NCBI GenBank assembly: GCA_963763775.1
Contig: CAVXPZ010000003.1
Span: 384,001-448,000 of the forward strand
Length of the DNA: 64,000 bases
From: an uncultured Chloroflexia bacterium
GTDB taxonomy: Bacteria > Chloroflexota > Limnocylindria > Limnocylindrales > CSP1-4
Reading direction: 5' to 3'
Both the position numbers and the translations under genes were made by a program. Positions 45,546 to 57,736 of the stretch are shown piece after piece; within the stretch, counting starts at the first letter, position 1; the number at the start of each line of letters is the position of its first letter. The notes under the pieces were generated by a model that did not search any database, was not told where the DNA came from, and saw nothing but the letters and a program-made list of their open reading frames with translations.

Positions 45546-47119
45546 GCGGCGGAGCGCTTCGCGATGACGTGGATCAGCAAGCCTTGGTCCTCCGGGGTCA
45601 GATACTCGATGTCGTACTTCTCGGCGAGGTCGGGGATCGCCGCGAGGGTCTCCCGCAGGAGATACACGGGGGCACGTCCCAGGTTGGCGTCGATGACGTC
45701 CTCGATCGACCCGAGGTTCTTGTCGAGTCGCGTGCGGTCGTCGACGATGACGATATCAGGCCGGACGCCCTCGACCCGCTGGGCGTACCACAGCGGTGTC
45801 GAGTAGCTCCACCAGCTGATCACCACGGCACCCGGCTGGAGCTGCGACAGGACACTGTCCAGCCAGACCGACGCGGTGCGGTCCCGGCTGCGGTCGACGG
45901 AAGCGAGCGTGGTGTCCGCCGCGGCGACCGACGGCAGGACGAGCAGGCACGCCGCGATGCCGGCCACCACGGCCGGGACGCGTGAGACCCGGGGCCGGGG
46001 ATCGCCATCGTCGAACCGCCCGCCCGGGTCGCCGCGGCCCAGCATCTCGACGACCCCCTCGACGGCGACGGCGGCGAGGATCGCGAGCCAGGTCCAGGCC
46101 ATGAGGATCGGCCCGAGGTAGTAGCGGTCGATATCGGCATTGATGTACGACGCGGCGAAGAAGCACGTGATGAGGACCGCCGTGCCGGTCAGGAGAGCGT
46201 AGGCGGGTCGGCGCGCGACGGTCGCCGCGAACCCGACCGGGATCAGTGGCGCCAGGATGCCGAACTGGGCGACCGTGACGTCGATGAGCGCATGCACCTT
46301 GCCTGGCAGGTCGCCGATCGGGTCCTGGAGGCTCCCCTGGAACTGCTGGGCGAACACGACGTACAGGAACCCGTCGAGGGTCTCGGGCCGTCCGTAGACC
46401 AGCGCCGCGCGGAATGGCCCGGCCCGGAGCGGGAGCTCGAGATACACGAGGAAGAGCGTCACGGCGAGGGCCCCCATGCACGTCAGGATGAAGCGTGGAC
46501 GGCCGAGGATGGCCCGGTCCACGGCCAGGACGTACAGACCCACCGGAAGCGCGAGGAGCAGCGTCAGCGAGTGGTTGCCCATCGCGAGCCCGAACGCCAC
46601 CGTCGCCGCCAGCAGGTAGCGATCGGCGGTCGGCTGCCCGGCGCGGACCCGGTCCTCCCAGGCGACGAGCAGGCGCAGGAGGACGGCCACCAGTGCGAGG
46701 TGCAGCGCGTGCGGGTCGGCGTGCGTGCCGATCGCCCAGACGATCGGCGTCAGCGCCAGCCCCACGCCCACGGCGACCCCGAGGGCGACGGATCGCGTCA
46801 GCGCGCGGACGAGGTCGACGGCGACCGCGGCGGCCACGCCGACGCAGATGGCCGAGAGGGCGTTCATGCGGAACGCCGGGTCGCCGAGAGGCTGGAGCAC
46901 CACCGAGGCGAGCCAGCCGAGCAACACGTACGTGGGGAAGCCCGTCGGGTGGGCGGTGCCCATCAGCGGTCCGACGGCCTGGAACTCGGCCGTGTCCCAG
47001 AACCCGACACCCGGCATGAGCGCGAGCCACGACGCGGCGAACGCCAAGACGCCGACCGCGACGGCCGGCGCCAGGTGCGAGGGGTCCGTTCGGCGACCCT
47101 GTGCTACGCTCAGATCCAC
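45542..47119 (-). CDS. DUF2723/TMEM260-like GT-C membrane glycosyltransferase
   Basis: WDTAEF, AHPTGFPTY, GNH, multiple TMs; start uncertain. Confidence 0.75.
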   Translation of the reverse strand: MDLSVAQGRRTDPSHLAPAVAVGVLAFAASWLALMPGVGFWDTAEFQAVGPLMGTAHPTGFPTYVLLGWLASVVLQPLGDPAFRMNALSAICVGVAAAVAVDLVRALTRSVALGVAVGVGLALTPIVWAIGTHADPHALHLALVAVLLRLLVAWEDRVRAGQPTADRYLLAATVAFGLAMGNHSLTLLLALPVGLYVLAVDRAILGRPRFILTCMGALAVTLFLVYLELPLRAGPFRAALVYGRPETLDGFLYVVFAQQFQGSLQDPIGDLPGKVHALIDVTVAQFGILAPLIPVGFAATVARRPAYALLTGTAVLITCFFAASYINADIDRYYLGPILMAWTWLAILAAVAVEGVVEMLGRGDPGGRFDDGDPRPRVSRVPAVVAGIAACLLVLPSVAAADTTLASVDRSRDRTASVWLDSVLSQLQPGAVVISWWSYSTPLWYAQRVEGVRPDIVIVDDRTRLDKNLGSIEDVIDANLGRAPVYLLRETLAAIPDLAEKYDIEYLTPEDQGLLIHVIAKRSAA

Positions 47120-47148
47120 CTTCCACGCTCGTGCAGGAGCCGTTCCCG

Positions 47149-50100
47149 GTGACTGGCCCCGCCTCCGATGGCACCGAGCGAGGCACAGGCGCGCCGTCGC
47201 GGTTCACCGGGACGCAGGGAGCCGTCGGCGCGATCCTGATCGTCCTCGCGCTCGGACTCGCCCTCCGCCTCATCATCGCATACCTGCTCCCCGGGTCCGG
47301 ATTCAAGGTCGACCTCGGGGCGTTCCGGTTCTGGGCGAGCGAGCTCGCGACCCACGGCCCGTGGGGCTTCTACGACCGCGACTTCCTCCACGACTACATG
47401 CCCGGGTACATGTACGTCCTGTGGCTGGTCGGGATCGTCGGCCAGGTCACCGGCGGTGTCGGCGACCTCATCAAGATCCCGCCGATCCTGGCCGACCTCG
47501 TCGTCGGCTACCTCGTCTACTCGATGGTGCTCGAGCTCGGCGGACGCAGGGCCGTCGCCCTCGGCGGCGCCCTGCTCGCGGTCCTCAACCCGATCAGCTG
47601 GTTCGACAGCGTCGCCTGGGGCCAGGTCGACTCCTTCGGGGTCGTGTTCCTGCTCCTCGGCCTGCGCGAGCTCTGGCGCGACCGGCCGGAACGCGCGGCG
47701 ATCTACACGGTCATCGCCGCCATGATCAAGCCCCAGCTCGGGATCCTCGTGCCACTCGTCGCCGTGGTCGTGATCCGGCGGGCCCTGTGGCCGGCCGGCG
47801 GTGACGGCGACCCGGAGCGCACCGGGCACCCGCGCCGGATCGTCACGACGGCCATCGCCGGCGTGGCGACCGCCGTCGTGATGTCGATCCCGTTCGGGCT
47901 GACGCCGGCCGGCTTCGTCCGCCAGCTGCTCTCGACCGGCGGCACGTACCCGTTCACCACGGTGAACGCGTACAACCCGTGGGCGCTCCTCCCCTCCGAC
48001 ATCGGCAACAGCCCCGCCGCCACGGGCGGCTGGATCTGCGACGCGGCGTCGACCTTCGTCCACGACGACTGCGGCTGGGGGACCGCGTTCATCGGGCCGT
48101 TCCCCGCGATCGTCGTCGGGACGGCGCTGCTGATCGGCGTCTTTGCGCTCGTCCTCGCCGTGGCTGCCCGGCGACCGGACCGACTCACGCTCCTGGTGGC
48201 CCTCGCCATCCTCGCGCTCGCCTTCTTCATCGTGCCCACGCGCGTCCACGAGCGGTACGGGTACCCGTTCTTCGCGCTCGCGGTGATCCTCGCCGCGGTC
48301 TCCCTGCGCTGGCTGACCGCGTACCTCGTGCTGACCGTCGCCACGTTCGCGAACATGTACGTCGTCCTCACGACGATCTACTCGGACAACCCGTCGGTGG
48401 AGGACTGGCTGGGGATCGGGCCGGCGATCCGGTCGCCGGCGGGCGTCACCGTGATCGTGCTCCTGCACCTCGCCGGGTTCATCTGGGTGGTGCTCCAGCT
48501 GCGGTCGTCGGCACGGGCACGGCTCGCCGGCCGAACTCGCGGCCGCGGCCGAACCCGAGGACCACGCGACGGACGCCGAGACGGATCGGTCGGACGTGCC
48601 GGCGGCGGCCATCGGCCCGGGCATCGCGGCCATCCCGGCCACCCGGGCCGTCACGTCCTCGTCGGTGGTCACGCCACCGCCGCGACCCGACGTCGAGATG
48701 CCGCGCTGGTCGGGCCGGCCGTCCGTCGCCGAGGTGGGGGTCGTGGCCTGGCTCCGTGATCGCTGGGGGACGCCACCGATCCGCCCGGATCGCAGTGCCA
48801 CCCTCGTGTCCGAGGGCGGTGGACGCCTCGACCGCCTCGACCTGTGGTTCCTCGTGATCCTCGTCCTCGCGTCGATGAGCCTGCGGATGTTCCGGCTCGC
48901 CGAGCCGTACCAGATGCATTTCGACGAGGTCTATCACGCCCGTACCGCCACGGAGTTCCTCCAGGACTGGCGGTACGGCGAGTCCCACGACATCTACGAG
49001 TGGACGCATCCGCATCTCGCGAAGTACGCGATGGCCGCCGGGCTCGTGCTCTGGGGCGAGGACGACGTCGCCGCGACCAGCGAGCTGGGCGTCCCCGTGA
49101 AGGCCGCCGTGGTCGAGCCGCGACGGGACGACCCGACGGCGCCAGGCGGCCGGGCCGGCGAGCGCCTGCACGTCGCGACCGGCACCGAGATCCGGACGTA
49201 CGACCTCCGCACGCGGGCGCTCATCGCGACGATCCCGGCGCCCGGCGTCTCGGCCCTCGCCCTCGATCCCGCGGGGACCGAGATGATCGTCGGGTTCGAC
49301 GACGGCCGTGTCGCGACCCTTGACCTCGGCTCGATCGATGCCGACGCGGCGGCGGCCGGCGTGGCGCCCCTCGACCTCGGCAAGGTCGGCGGTGCGGTCA
49401 CGCAGCTGTTCGTCCCCGACGACGGGTCGACGATCATCGTCGGGCAGCACGACCGGCTCGACGTCATCGACGATTCGACCGGCGACCCCCTCGGCGGCCT
49501 CGACGTCCCCGGGCTCGCGGACATCGGCGATGGCGGGAGCGGCGACGCCCTCCAGGCGACCCTCGCGGACGTCCCGGACCCATCCGCCGCCGCGTCCGAG
49601 CTCGCGAGCCTGCTCGACGGCGAGGCGGCGACCTATGAAGCCCTCCTGCGCGGGACCGGCGAGACGGCCCTGCTCGGCAGCCCAGGGAGCGGCGACACCC
49701 GCAAGGCCGTGGACACGGCGATCGCCGACGGCAAGCTGCCCGGCATCGAGGTGACGCAAGTCTCCCGCGTGGCGGTCGCGACCGCCGACGGCGTCGAGTT
49801 CATCGACCCGGCCACGGCCCAGGTCTCCTCGACCATCCCGCTCGTGGGTGGCGCCCACGGCCTGGGACGCGTCTCCGGCATCGAGGACGACCAGCTCTAC
49901 GTGACGTCCGGCACGCCGGACGCGCCGACGTACGACGTGGTCGCGATCTCGGGGGATGCCGCGGCCAGCGGTCCGGCCAAGTCGGGGGGAAGCCACCCGC
50001 TGCCCGGACTCGGGAGCAAGGTCGTGTACGACAAGGCCAGCCAGATGGTCCACATCCTCGGGCTCGCGCCGGACGCGACGACGACCGGCGCGGGCGCGGC

Positions 50101-52468
50101 GGACGGGCCGTGGACCGTCTATGTGGTGGAGCCGCATGCGAAGGCGGTCTTCGCGGACGCCCGGCTCGGCGACGGGTTCGTGCCGGCGGCGTGGGCCGCG
50201 GACATCAACGACCAGTACCCGTCGGCTGACCGGCAGGACCTCCTCGTGTTCGACGGCAGCGGTTCGATGGCCTCGATCGAGCTCGGGTCGCACGCGTTCG
50301 CGTGGCGTCTGCCGGGCGTCATCGCGGGCACGCTGACCCTCGTCTGCCTGTACCTGCTCGCGCGCATCCTGTTCCGCCGCCGATTGATCGCCGGCCTCGT
50401 CGGGCTCTTCGTCCTCGTCGACGGGATGTTCTTCGTCCAGGCGCGGATCGGGATGAACGACGTCTATGTCGGGCTGTTCATCATCGCCGCGTACACGCTG
50501 TTCGCCGCGGTCTGGACCGGGTGGTGGCGCGGCCGTGCGGCGTTCTGGATCTCGATGCCGATCATCGGCCTGTTACTCGGGCTCGCGCTGGCGAGCAAGT
50601 GGGTGGCGCTGTACGCGATCTTCGCGCTCGGCCTGCTCATCCTCCTTCGGAGCGCGCTCGGCCGGGTGATCTCGATCCTCGGGCTCATCGCGATCACGAG
50701 CGTGCTCGGGTACATGGCGATCAGCGTGCCGGAAGGGCAGGGCTTCGGGAACATGACGTTCCTGCTCATCATGGTCGCGCTCACGCTGCTGGCGGTGGTC
50801 GTGGCCGTGTGGCACCCGATCGCCTGGACCGACGACGAGATGCGGTTCGCCGTCATGGCCCCCACCGCGCTCGGAGCGCTCGTGTTCTTCGGGGCGCTCG
50901 CGACCGGCCGCCTCGACTCGCAGATCGTCATCCGCTCGATCGCGGTGACGCCGTTGGTGGTCGCCATCCTGCTCGCCCTCGGGTCGTTGCTGGTGTGGCT
51001 CGCCTTCGCGATCGGGGGGCGGATCGGGTTCGGGCCGCTCGCCGCGGCGCCCGGGCCGGACGACCCGGCGCGGTTCCTCGAGCCGCCGGCGCCCGCGCCG
51101 GAGGGCTGGCTGCGCCCCGGCTACCTGCTCGGCTTGCCGGTGGTCTGGGCCGTCATCTGCCTGCTGGCCCTGCCGGTCGCCGTCTACGTGGTCTCGTACA
51201 TCCCCTGGGCGCTCATCGAGAACCACCGACTCTTCGGCGACATCGCGTTCCTCGGCATCCACATCCCGGCCTGGCCGGCCGGCCATACCGGGCAGACGCT
51301 CGTCGAGCTGACCCAGCAGATGTACGGCTACCACAACGGCCTGACGGCCCCGCACCCGGCCTCGTCGCCGTGGTGGGCGTGGCCGCTCGACCTCAAGCCG
51401 GTGTGGTTCTACCAGGAAGGCCTCGCGGGCGGGACGGCGGCCGCGATCTACGACGCGGGCAACCTCGTCATCTGGTGGCTCGGCGTCGCGGGGATGGTCT
51501 TCGTCAGCGTCATGGCCTTCCGCCGGCGCAGCCCGGCCCTCGCGCTGATCGCGATCGGGTTCGCCGCGCAGTGGATCCCCTGGGCCCGCATCGATCGGGC
51601 GGCGTTCCAGTACCACTACTACACCGCCCTGCCGTTCGTGGCGCTCGCCCTGGCGTACTTCATCGCGGAGATCTGGCACGGGGCGTCACGATTCACATGG
51701 CAGTTCGCCCGGGTCGCCGGCGCCGTGGCCCTGGTGCTGCCGGCGGCGCTCTGGCTGTTCTCGCGGCCGCTCTGCGCGATCGTCGGCGTCGAATCGGTGA
51801 ACCCCGGGTCGGCGGCCTGCCCCGCGGTCATCCCCGAGTTCGTCCTGACGACGCGGACCGCGGCGCTGGCCGTGGTCGCCGGCATCGGGCTGTTCTTCGT
51901 GCTGCGCACGGTGCTGGCGATCTCCGACGCGGACCGCGACGGCGCCAGCAGCGAGCGCGGCTGGTACCGGTCGCTCGCGATCACCGGCCTCGTCGTCGGC
52001 GGGGCACTGGTGATCGCGTCGCTCATGCCCGACACGCCGATCCTCACGCTCACCCGGATCCCGGTCGAGCCGATCGTCCTCCTGGCGGCGCTGCCGCTCG
52101 CCTACCTCGCGCTCGGGGTCTTCGCCGCACGCGACCCGCGACGGTTCGTCGTCGGGTACGTCGCCGCGGCCGTGGCGTGGGGCGTCGTGCTCTACCCGAA
52201 CATCGCGGCGCTGCCGCTGCCGGCGGTGATCGTGAACGCGTACCAGGGGGTCATCCCGACCTACCTGTACGCCTTCCAGTTCCCGGTCAGCACGACCGAT
52301 CGCACGGTCGCGACACCGATCCTGACACCGGAGTTCGCCCTGCTGACGGTGGCGCTGACCGTGACCTGTCTCGTGATCGCCTACTGCGCCTGGTTCTGGA
52401 GGTTGTCGCTGGCGGGCTCGTCCGACGTCGACGACGCCGAAGCCTTCGCCCGCAGCAGCGGCGCCTGA
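47149..52468 (+). CDS. Very large phospholipid-carrier-dependent glycosyltransferase (GT-C plus PMT-like fusion); apparent +1 frameshift near 48529
   Basis: N-module DYMPGY, WGQVDS, KPQ, HERY; C-module FDEVYH, HPHLAK, ASKW, HPASSPWWAWPL, FQYHYY; removing one G at GCCGGCCGAA joins the two ORFs. Confidence 0.75.
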
Positions 52469-53619
52469 GGGATCTCGGCGCGGAACCCGTCGGGGAGCTG
52501 GCCGGCCGCCGCGAGCCGGCGGATCACGAAGCCGTAGTACTCCTCGACCTTCGCGGTCACGCGCGGCCAGCTGAAGTCCTCGGCGCGACGGCGACCGGCC
52601 TCGCGCATCGACGCCTGGAGATCCGGCTCGTCGAGGAGGCGCGCGATCGCCACGGCGAGGTCCTTCGGCTCGCGCGGCGGGACCAGGAGCCCCTCGCGAT
52701 CCCGCCGGACGACCCCCTTGTAGCCGTGGATGTCCGAGCAGACGATGGGCGCGCCGGCGGCCATGGCCTCGAGGAGGACGATCCCGAACGACTCGCCGCC
52801 GGTCGCCGGGGAGACGAAGACCGTCGCCGTGCGGTAGAGCTGGGCCTTCTCGGTATCGCTGACGCGGCCGAGGAACTCGACGCCCTGGAGTCCGCGCGTG
52901 GCCACGTAGCGGCGCGCCTCGCGCTCCTGTGGGCCACCGCCGACGATCAGGAGCCGCGTGCCGTACCCGGTCTTGCGCAGGATGCGCTGGGCCTTGAGCA
53001 GGTCGAGGAGCCCCTTGCGCGGCTCGTGGCGCCCTACGAACAGCAGGTTCGGCGTGCCGTCCTGCCATCGGGCGATCGGCACGGCGTTGGCAAATCGCGC
53101 GATGTCGACCCCATTGGGGATCACCTTGTAGTCGCCCGGGAAGAACCGGTCGATGAAGTGGCGCGCCGCGGCGCTGACCGCGATCCGGCCGTGGAGCCGT
53201 CCCGCGTAGCCGCGCATGACGCGGCTGCCCAGCTCGTACGAGGGCGAGAAGCCGGCGTACGCGTGGAACGTCGCCACGTTGACGCTCGTGGATTCGCGGA
53301 GCAGGAACAGCGACAGGAACGGCACGAACGGTTCGTGGAAGTGGAGGAGGTCGAAGCGCTCGCGCTCCAGCATCGCCTTCACCTGCCCGATGTAGCGCGG
53401 CGAGAACGTCAGGGTCCCGACCGACCCGTTCGTCGGCATCGAGAACCCGACGCCGATGCGCAGGATGTCGCCTTCCGACGAGCGCTGCGGCCCGTGGCTC
53501 GCGGTGATGATCCGCACGTCGTGCCCGGCCAGGCGCAGGTTCTCGTACAGGAATCGCACGTGCTGCGCGACGCCGCCCGCCTCCGGGTAGATGTACGGGC
53601 AGACGAGGCCGATCTTCAT
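52381..53619 (-). CDS. GT4 glycosyltransferase, phosphatidylinositol alpha-mannosyltransferase PimA-like
   Basis: MKIGLVCPY..GGV..HV, HFHEP, EPRKG, GGESFGIVLLEAMAAG. Confidence 0.85.
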   Translation of the reverse strand: MKIGLVCPYIYPEAGGVAQHVRFLYENLRLAGHDVRIITASHGPQRSSEGDILRIGVGFSMPTNGSVGTLTFSPRYIGQVKAMLERERFDLLHFHEPFVPFLSLFLLRESTSVNVATFHAYAGFSPSYELGSRVMRGYAGRLHGRIAVSAAARHFIDRFFPGDYKVIPNGVDIARFANAVPIARWQDGTPNLLFVGRHEPRKGLLDLLKAQRILRKTGYGTRLLIVGGGPQEREARRYVATRGLQGVEFLGRVSDTEKAQLYRTATVFVSPATGGESFGIVLLEAMAAGAPIVCSDIHGYKGVVRRDREGLLVPPREPKDLAVAIARLLDEPDLQASMREAGRRRAEDFSWPRVTAKVEEYYGFVIRRLAAAGQLPDGFRAEIPQAPLLRAKASASSTSDEPASDNLQNQAQ

Positions 53620-54440
53620 CGGCCGTCGGCCTCGTATCGCGGGGGCCGCTGGCGCCCGCCCGGATACCCGTGGTCCCGCCCGGTGCCGTCGCGGCGCAGC
53701 CGGCCGCCGACCTCGTCCTTCGCGTCACGGCCGCGCTTGCGCAGCTGCTGCCCGAAGACGCCGAGCTGCCCTGTCGCCCCGTGGAACGAGCCGTGGTGCT
53801 TCGTCTCCCGCGCGAGGATGGCCGCGCGCAGGTCCGCCGCCGTGTGCCCGGGAAACGACGTCCAGCCGGTCCCGACGGCCTCGAGCGCGTGCGCGTCGCT
53901 GTCGCCGAGGTGCGCGAGCCCGTGCGCCGTCGCGAAGCGGACGACGCGCTGGTGCCACGGCCGCCCGAGGGCCGTCGGGTTGAAGGTCTCGAGGCCGTCC
54001 GGGTGGACTCGCTCGTCCGGGTCGTCCAGGAGACCCCGGAGGACGCGCCCCTGGGCGCAGAGCGGATACGGCACGAGCGGGTGTGCAGGGACCGCCAGGC
54101 CGCCCGCATCGTGGACGGCGGCGATCGAGTCCCGGAGCGAGCGGTACGGACGGATCCGCTCCTCGACGAAGAGCGCCAGGAGGTGCCCGCCGCGCGTGGT
54201 GACCTCCTCGCCGACGACGACCTCGATCGGGAGTCCGCGATCGCGCGCCATGGCGCGCCCCGCGACCGCCGCGTCGATCCGCTCGTGGTCGGTGATCGCG
54301 ATGACGTCGAGCGTGCGGGCGGCCGCGACGTGCTCGAGGATCGCCTCGACGCTCGCGGTGCCATCGGACGCGACGGTGTGGATGTGGAGGTCCGCCCGGC
54401 CGGGCCGATCGGGCCGATCGGGTCGATCGCGACCGGTCAT
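53616..54440 (-). CDS. PHP domain phosphoesterase
   Basis: DLHIHTVASDG, AITDH, GEEV..GH, AHP, GDSDAH. Confidence 0.9.
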   Translation of the reverse strand: MTGRDRPDRPDRPGRADLHIHTVASDGTASVEAILEHVAAARTLDVIAITDHERIDAAVAGRAMARDRGLPIEVVVGEEVTTRGGHLLALFVEERIRPYRSLRDSIAAVHDAGGLAVPAHPLVPYPLCAQGRVLRGLLDDPDERVHPDGLETFNPTALGRPWHQRVVRFATAHGLAHLGDSDAHALEAVGTGWTSFPGHTAADLRAAILARETKHHGSFHGATGQLGVFGQQLRKRGRDAKDEVGGRLRRDGTGRDHGYPGGRQRPPRYEADGR

Positions 54441-55376
54441 GCCGCGGCCTCCTCGAGGTCGGGCCAGATCGGGAAGAAGACCGCCCACCATTGCTCCGGA
54501 GCGGTCTCGACGATCCGCTCGAAGGCGTGGGCAAGGTCGGTCATGGTGGCCGTGACGCGATCGCGGCGCGTCCCGTCGAGCGGGACCGTGATCCGCTCGA
54601 GCCGACCGCTGTACCGTCCGACCCCCATGCGGCGCACGCCGACGACGTAGGGCCTCGCCCCGCTCTCGACGGCCAGCATGGCCGGGCCGAGCGGCAGCTT
54701 GGCCGGCGCCCCGAACAGCGGCATCAGCACGCCGCCACCGGTCAGGTCGCGGTCCCCGACCAGCCCGACGGCGGTCCCGTCGCGGAGCGCGGTCAGGAGC
54801 TCGCGACGCGCCTCGCGGAGCCCGACGATGCGGACACCGGCGGCACCGCGCGTCCGGACGAAGAACGCCTGGAGGGCCGGGTCGTCGATCGTCTCCATCG
54901 GCGCGACCGCGCCGCCCGACGCGTTCGGCGAGGAACAGCGAGGGGATCTCCAGCGACCCGAAGTGGAGCCCGACGAAGATCACGGGCGGCCCGGCGCCGA
55001 ACGCCTCGTCCACGACCTCGGGCGTCTCGACGGCCATGAGGCGGTCCACCTCGCCCGGGCGGATGGACGGGGTCCTGGCCACCTCGAGGTAGTAGCGGGC
55101 GTTGTGCCGGAACGCGGACCGGACGAGCCGCTCCAGCGCGCGTGGGTCGGCGGCCGCGGCCTTGACGCGTGCTCCGCCGCGCCCATCCGCCGCCAGGGCC
55201 GTGACGACGCGGCGCAGGTTGCGGCGCGCCTGGGACGCGCGGTCGGGCGCGGCGCGATACCAGAGGTCGCCGGCCAGGTCCGCCAGCCGGACCAGCGGAC
55301 CCTCCGGGAGCCGGCACGCGACCCAGGAGGCGCCGATGAGCAACCGGCCCCGCGCACGCCGGAGCAGCCGGTTCAC
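54437..55376 (-). CDS. Lysophospholipid/PatA-like acyltransferase; apparent +1 frameshift near 54915
   Basis: YARY-like NARYYLE, LHFGSLE, LVGDRDL, FGAPAKLPLGPA, PEQW; extra G in GTCGGGCGG. Confidence 0.82.
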
Positions 55377-56473
55377 CGGCCCGCCTCGGACGCCGGTGCG
55401 CTCCCGACGGCCGTGGCGTCCGCGGGGGGCGCGAAGCCGCGGCCCGGGCCGGGATCGGGCTGACCGGCCTGCATGACGAGAGCGCGCCGTTCAAGGTCCG
55501 CGGCCTCGGCGGCCGTGGCCGGCCAGATCGGCTTGAAGCTGTACCACTGATGCGGTGCGGCGGCCACGGTCTCGGCCAGCCAGTCGGCGAGGGCCTGGGT
55601 GACCCGCCAGAGCTCGGCCGGGTCCTCCGAGACGATGTCGATCGGCCCGCGCCACGTGACCAGCATCGTGTCGTCGGGCTGCCGGCGGATCGAGATCGGG
55701 AGGATGCGCGAGCCGGTCTTGGCGGCGAGCGTCGCGGGACCGGCGGGCAGGGCCGTCCATGCGCCGAAGAGCCGGACCGGGATCCCGTCGCTGCGGTAGC
55801 CCCAGTCCACGAGAAGCCCGAGGAGCTCCTTGCGCCGGAGCACGCCGAAGATCCCGCGGAGGTTGCGCCAGCCGATGAGCTTGACCCCCCAGCCCTCGCG
55901 CTGGCGTCGGAGCAGGTCGAACAGCTCCGGGAAGGACGAGTCGTCCGCCACGACGCTGAGCGGCAGGCCGTGCCGGGCGATCCCGGCCGCGACCGCCTCG
56001 TTGCTGCCCATGTGCCCGACGACCAGGATCATCCCGCCGCCGCGCGGCGCCTCGTGCCAGAGGCGTCGGACCTCCCCGATATCGAGCGTCGGCGTCAGGC
56101 CGGCCACCTCGTCGAGCGGACGCGACGGCAGCCGCATGAGCTCCACGAGGTAGCGGCCGTACTCGAGATAGGCGCGAAGCGCCATCCGACGGACGCGCGG
56201 GTCGTCGGGCGACAGGCCGAGGACGTGGCCGAAGTTGCGGTTCGACCAGCGCCGTTTCGTCGGCCAGACGAGGTACGAGAGTTGCGACAGCCGGCCGACG
56301 ATCCCGCGAGCGAGGCCCTGCGGCAGGACCCCGAACACCCACGCCGTCACCCGGTAGGCGAGGACCGCCAGGCGCTCGACGACGCGGGGACTGCTGCCCC
56401 CGCGTCGATGCGGGGCCTCGAGGCGGCGTTCGCCCGGGGCGACCCCGTCGGTCCGCTGACGGCCGTCGGTCAC
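55373..56473 (-). CDS. Lysophospholipid/PatA-like acyltransferase
   Basis: [37 protein letters not shown]; GTGA overlap with ino1; start uncertain. Confidence 0.85.
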   Translation of the reverse strand: MTDGRQRTDGVAPGERRLEAPHRRGGSSPRVVERLAVLAYRVTAWVFGVLPQGLARGIVGRLSQLSYLVWPTKRRWSNRNFGHVLGLSPDDPRVRRMALRAYLEYGRYLVELMRLPSRPLDEVAGLTPTLDIGEVRRLWHEAPRGGGMILVVGHMGSNEAVAAGIARHGLPLSVVADDSSFPELFDLLRRQREGWGVKLIGWRNLRGIFGVLRRKELLGLLVDWGYRSDGIPVRLFGAWTALPAGPATLAAKTGSRILPISIRRQPDDTMLVTWRGPIDIVSEDPAELWRVTQALADWLAETVAAAPHQWYSFKPIWPATAAEAADLERRALVMQAGQPDPGPGRGFAPPADATAVGSAPASEAGR

Positions 56474-57717
56474 TTCGCCGCGGCGGTCGCGACCTGCGCC
56501 TTGTTGCCGGCGAGCTTGCGCAGCTTGCGCTTGACGGGCGCCTCGGTGCCCACGAGCGTCTCGTTGTCCTCGCCGCGGATGAACGCCTCCACCCGGTTGA
56601 AGGCGATGTCGTCGTGGATCTGCTGGGGCGGGCTCTTCATGAAGTAGCTCGAGGGGGCGACGAGCGTGCCCTTGAGCCCGCGGTCGAGGCCGAGCTTCAT
56701 GCAGCGGATGGCGTCGGTGATGACGCCGGCGCTGTTCGGGCTGTCCCAGACCTCGAGCTTGAGCTCCGCGTTGAGCGGCACGTCGCCGTAGGTCGTGCCC
56801 TCCATCCGGATGTAGCACCACTTGCGGTCGAGCAGCCACGGCACGTGGTCGCTGGGGCCGACGTGGATGTCGTCCTCGTCGAGCTCGTAGTCGAGCATCG
56901 AGGTGACGGCGTTGGTCTTGGAGATCTTCTTGGACTCGAGGCGCTCGCGCTCGAGCATGTTGAGGAAGTCCGTGTTGCCGCCGAAGTTCAGCTGGTAGGT
57001 GCGGTCGAGGCGGACGCCGCGGTCCATGAACAGGCGGGTGAGGACGCGGTGGGTGATCGTGGCGCCGACCTGGCTCTTGATGTCGTCGCCGATGACCGGG
57101 AGGCCGGCCTCCGCGAAGCGGCGCTGCCAGTAGGGCTCACGGCCGATGAAGACCGGGATCGCGTTGACGAACCCGACGCCGGCCTTGAGGGCCTGCTCGG
57201 CGTACCACTTCGTCGCCTCCTCGCTGCCGACCGGCAGGTAGGAGACCATGACGTCGACCTCGCGCTCCTTGAGGATGCCGACGATGTCGGCGGTCTCGCC
57301 CGGCGCCTTCTCGATGATCTGGCTGAGGTACTTGCCCAGGCCGTCGTGGACCATGCCGCGCTCGACGGTCACGCCGATCTTGGAGACCTGCTGGAAGACG
57401 TACGTGTTGTTCGGCTTCGTGTAGATCGCCTCGGACAGGTCCTTGCCGACCTTGTTCTTGTCGATGTCGAACGCCGCGACGAAATCGATGTCGCGGATGT
57501 GGTAGCCGCCCAGGTTGACGTGCATCAGCCCGGGGACGAAGTCGTCGTCGTTCGCGTTCTCGTAGTAGTAGCGGCCCTGGACGAGGCTGCTCGCGCAGTT
57601 GCCGACGCCGACGATCGCGACGCGGATCTTGCCGTCGCCGCGGCGCCCGGCGCCTGCCCACGTGTTGCCCGGCGTCGCGCCGTTCTTCCCGTTGCCGTTG
57701 CTTCCGTTCTTGGCCAC
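56470..57717 (-). CDS. ino1: myo-inositol-1-phosphate synthase
   Basis: [46 protein letters not shown]. Confidence 0.96.
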   Translation of the reverse strand: MAKNGSNGNGKNGATPGNTWAGAGRRGDGKIRVAIVGVGNCASSLVQGRYYYENANDDDFVPGLMHVNLGGYHIRDIDFVAAFDIDKNKVGKDLSEAIYTKPNNTYVFQQVSKIGVTVERGMVHDGLGKYLSQIIEKAPGETADIVGILKEREVDVMVSYLPVGSEEATKWYAEQALKAGVGFVNAIPVFIGREPYWQRRFAEAGLPVIGDDIKSQVGATITHRVLTRLFMDRGVRLDRTYQLNFGGNTDFLNMLERERLESKKISKTNAVTSMLDYELDEDDIHVGPSDHVPWLLDRKWCYIRMEGTTYGDVPLNAELKLEVWDSPNSAGVITDAIRCMKLGLDRGLKGTLVAPSSYFMKSPPQQIHDDIAFNRVEAFIRGEDNETLVGTEAPVKRKLRKLAGNKAQVATAAAK

Positions 57718-57736
57718 TGTGCTCTCTCCGTTGCGC

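Noticed and set aside
52381-52468. 88-nt convergent 3' overlap of the GT-C and GT4 genes as antisense regulation
   Set aside because: Such tail overlaps are common in high-GC genomes and there is no further support
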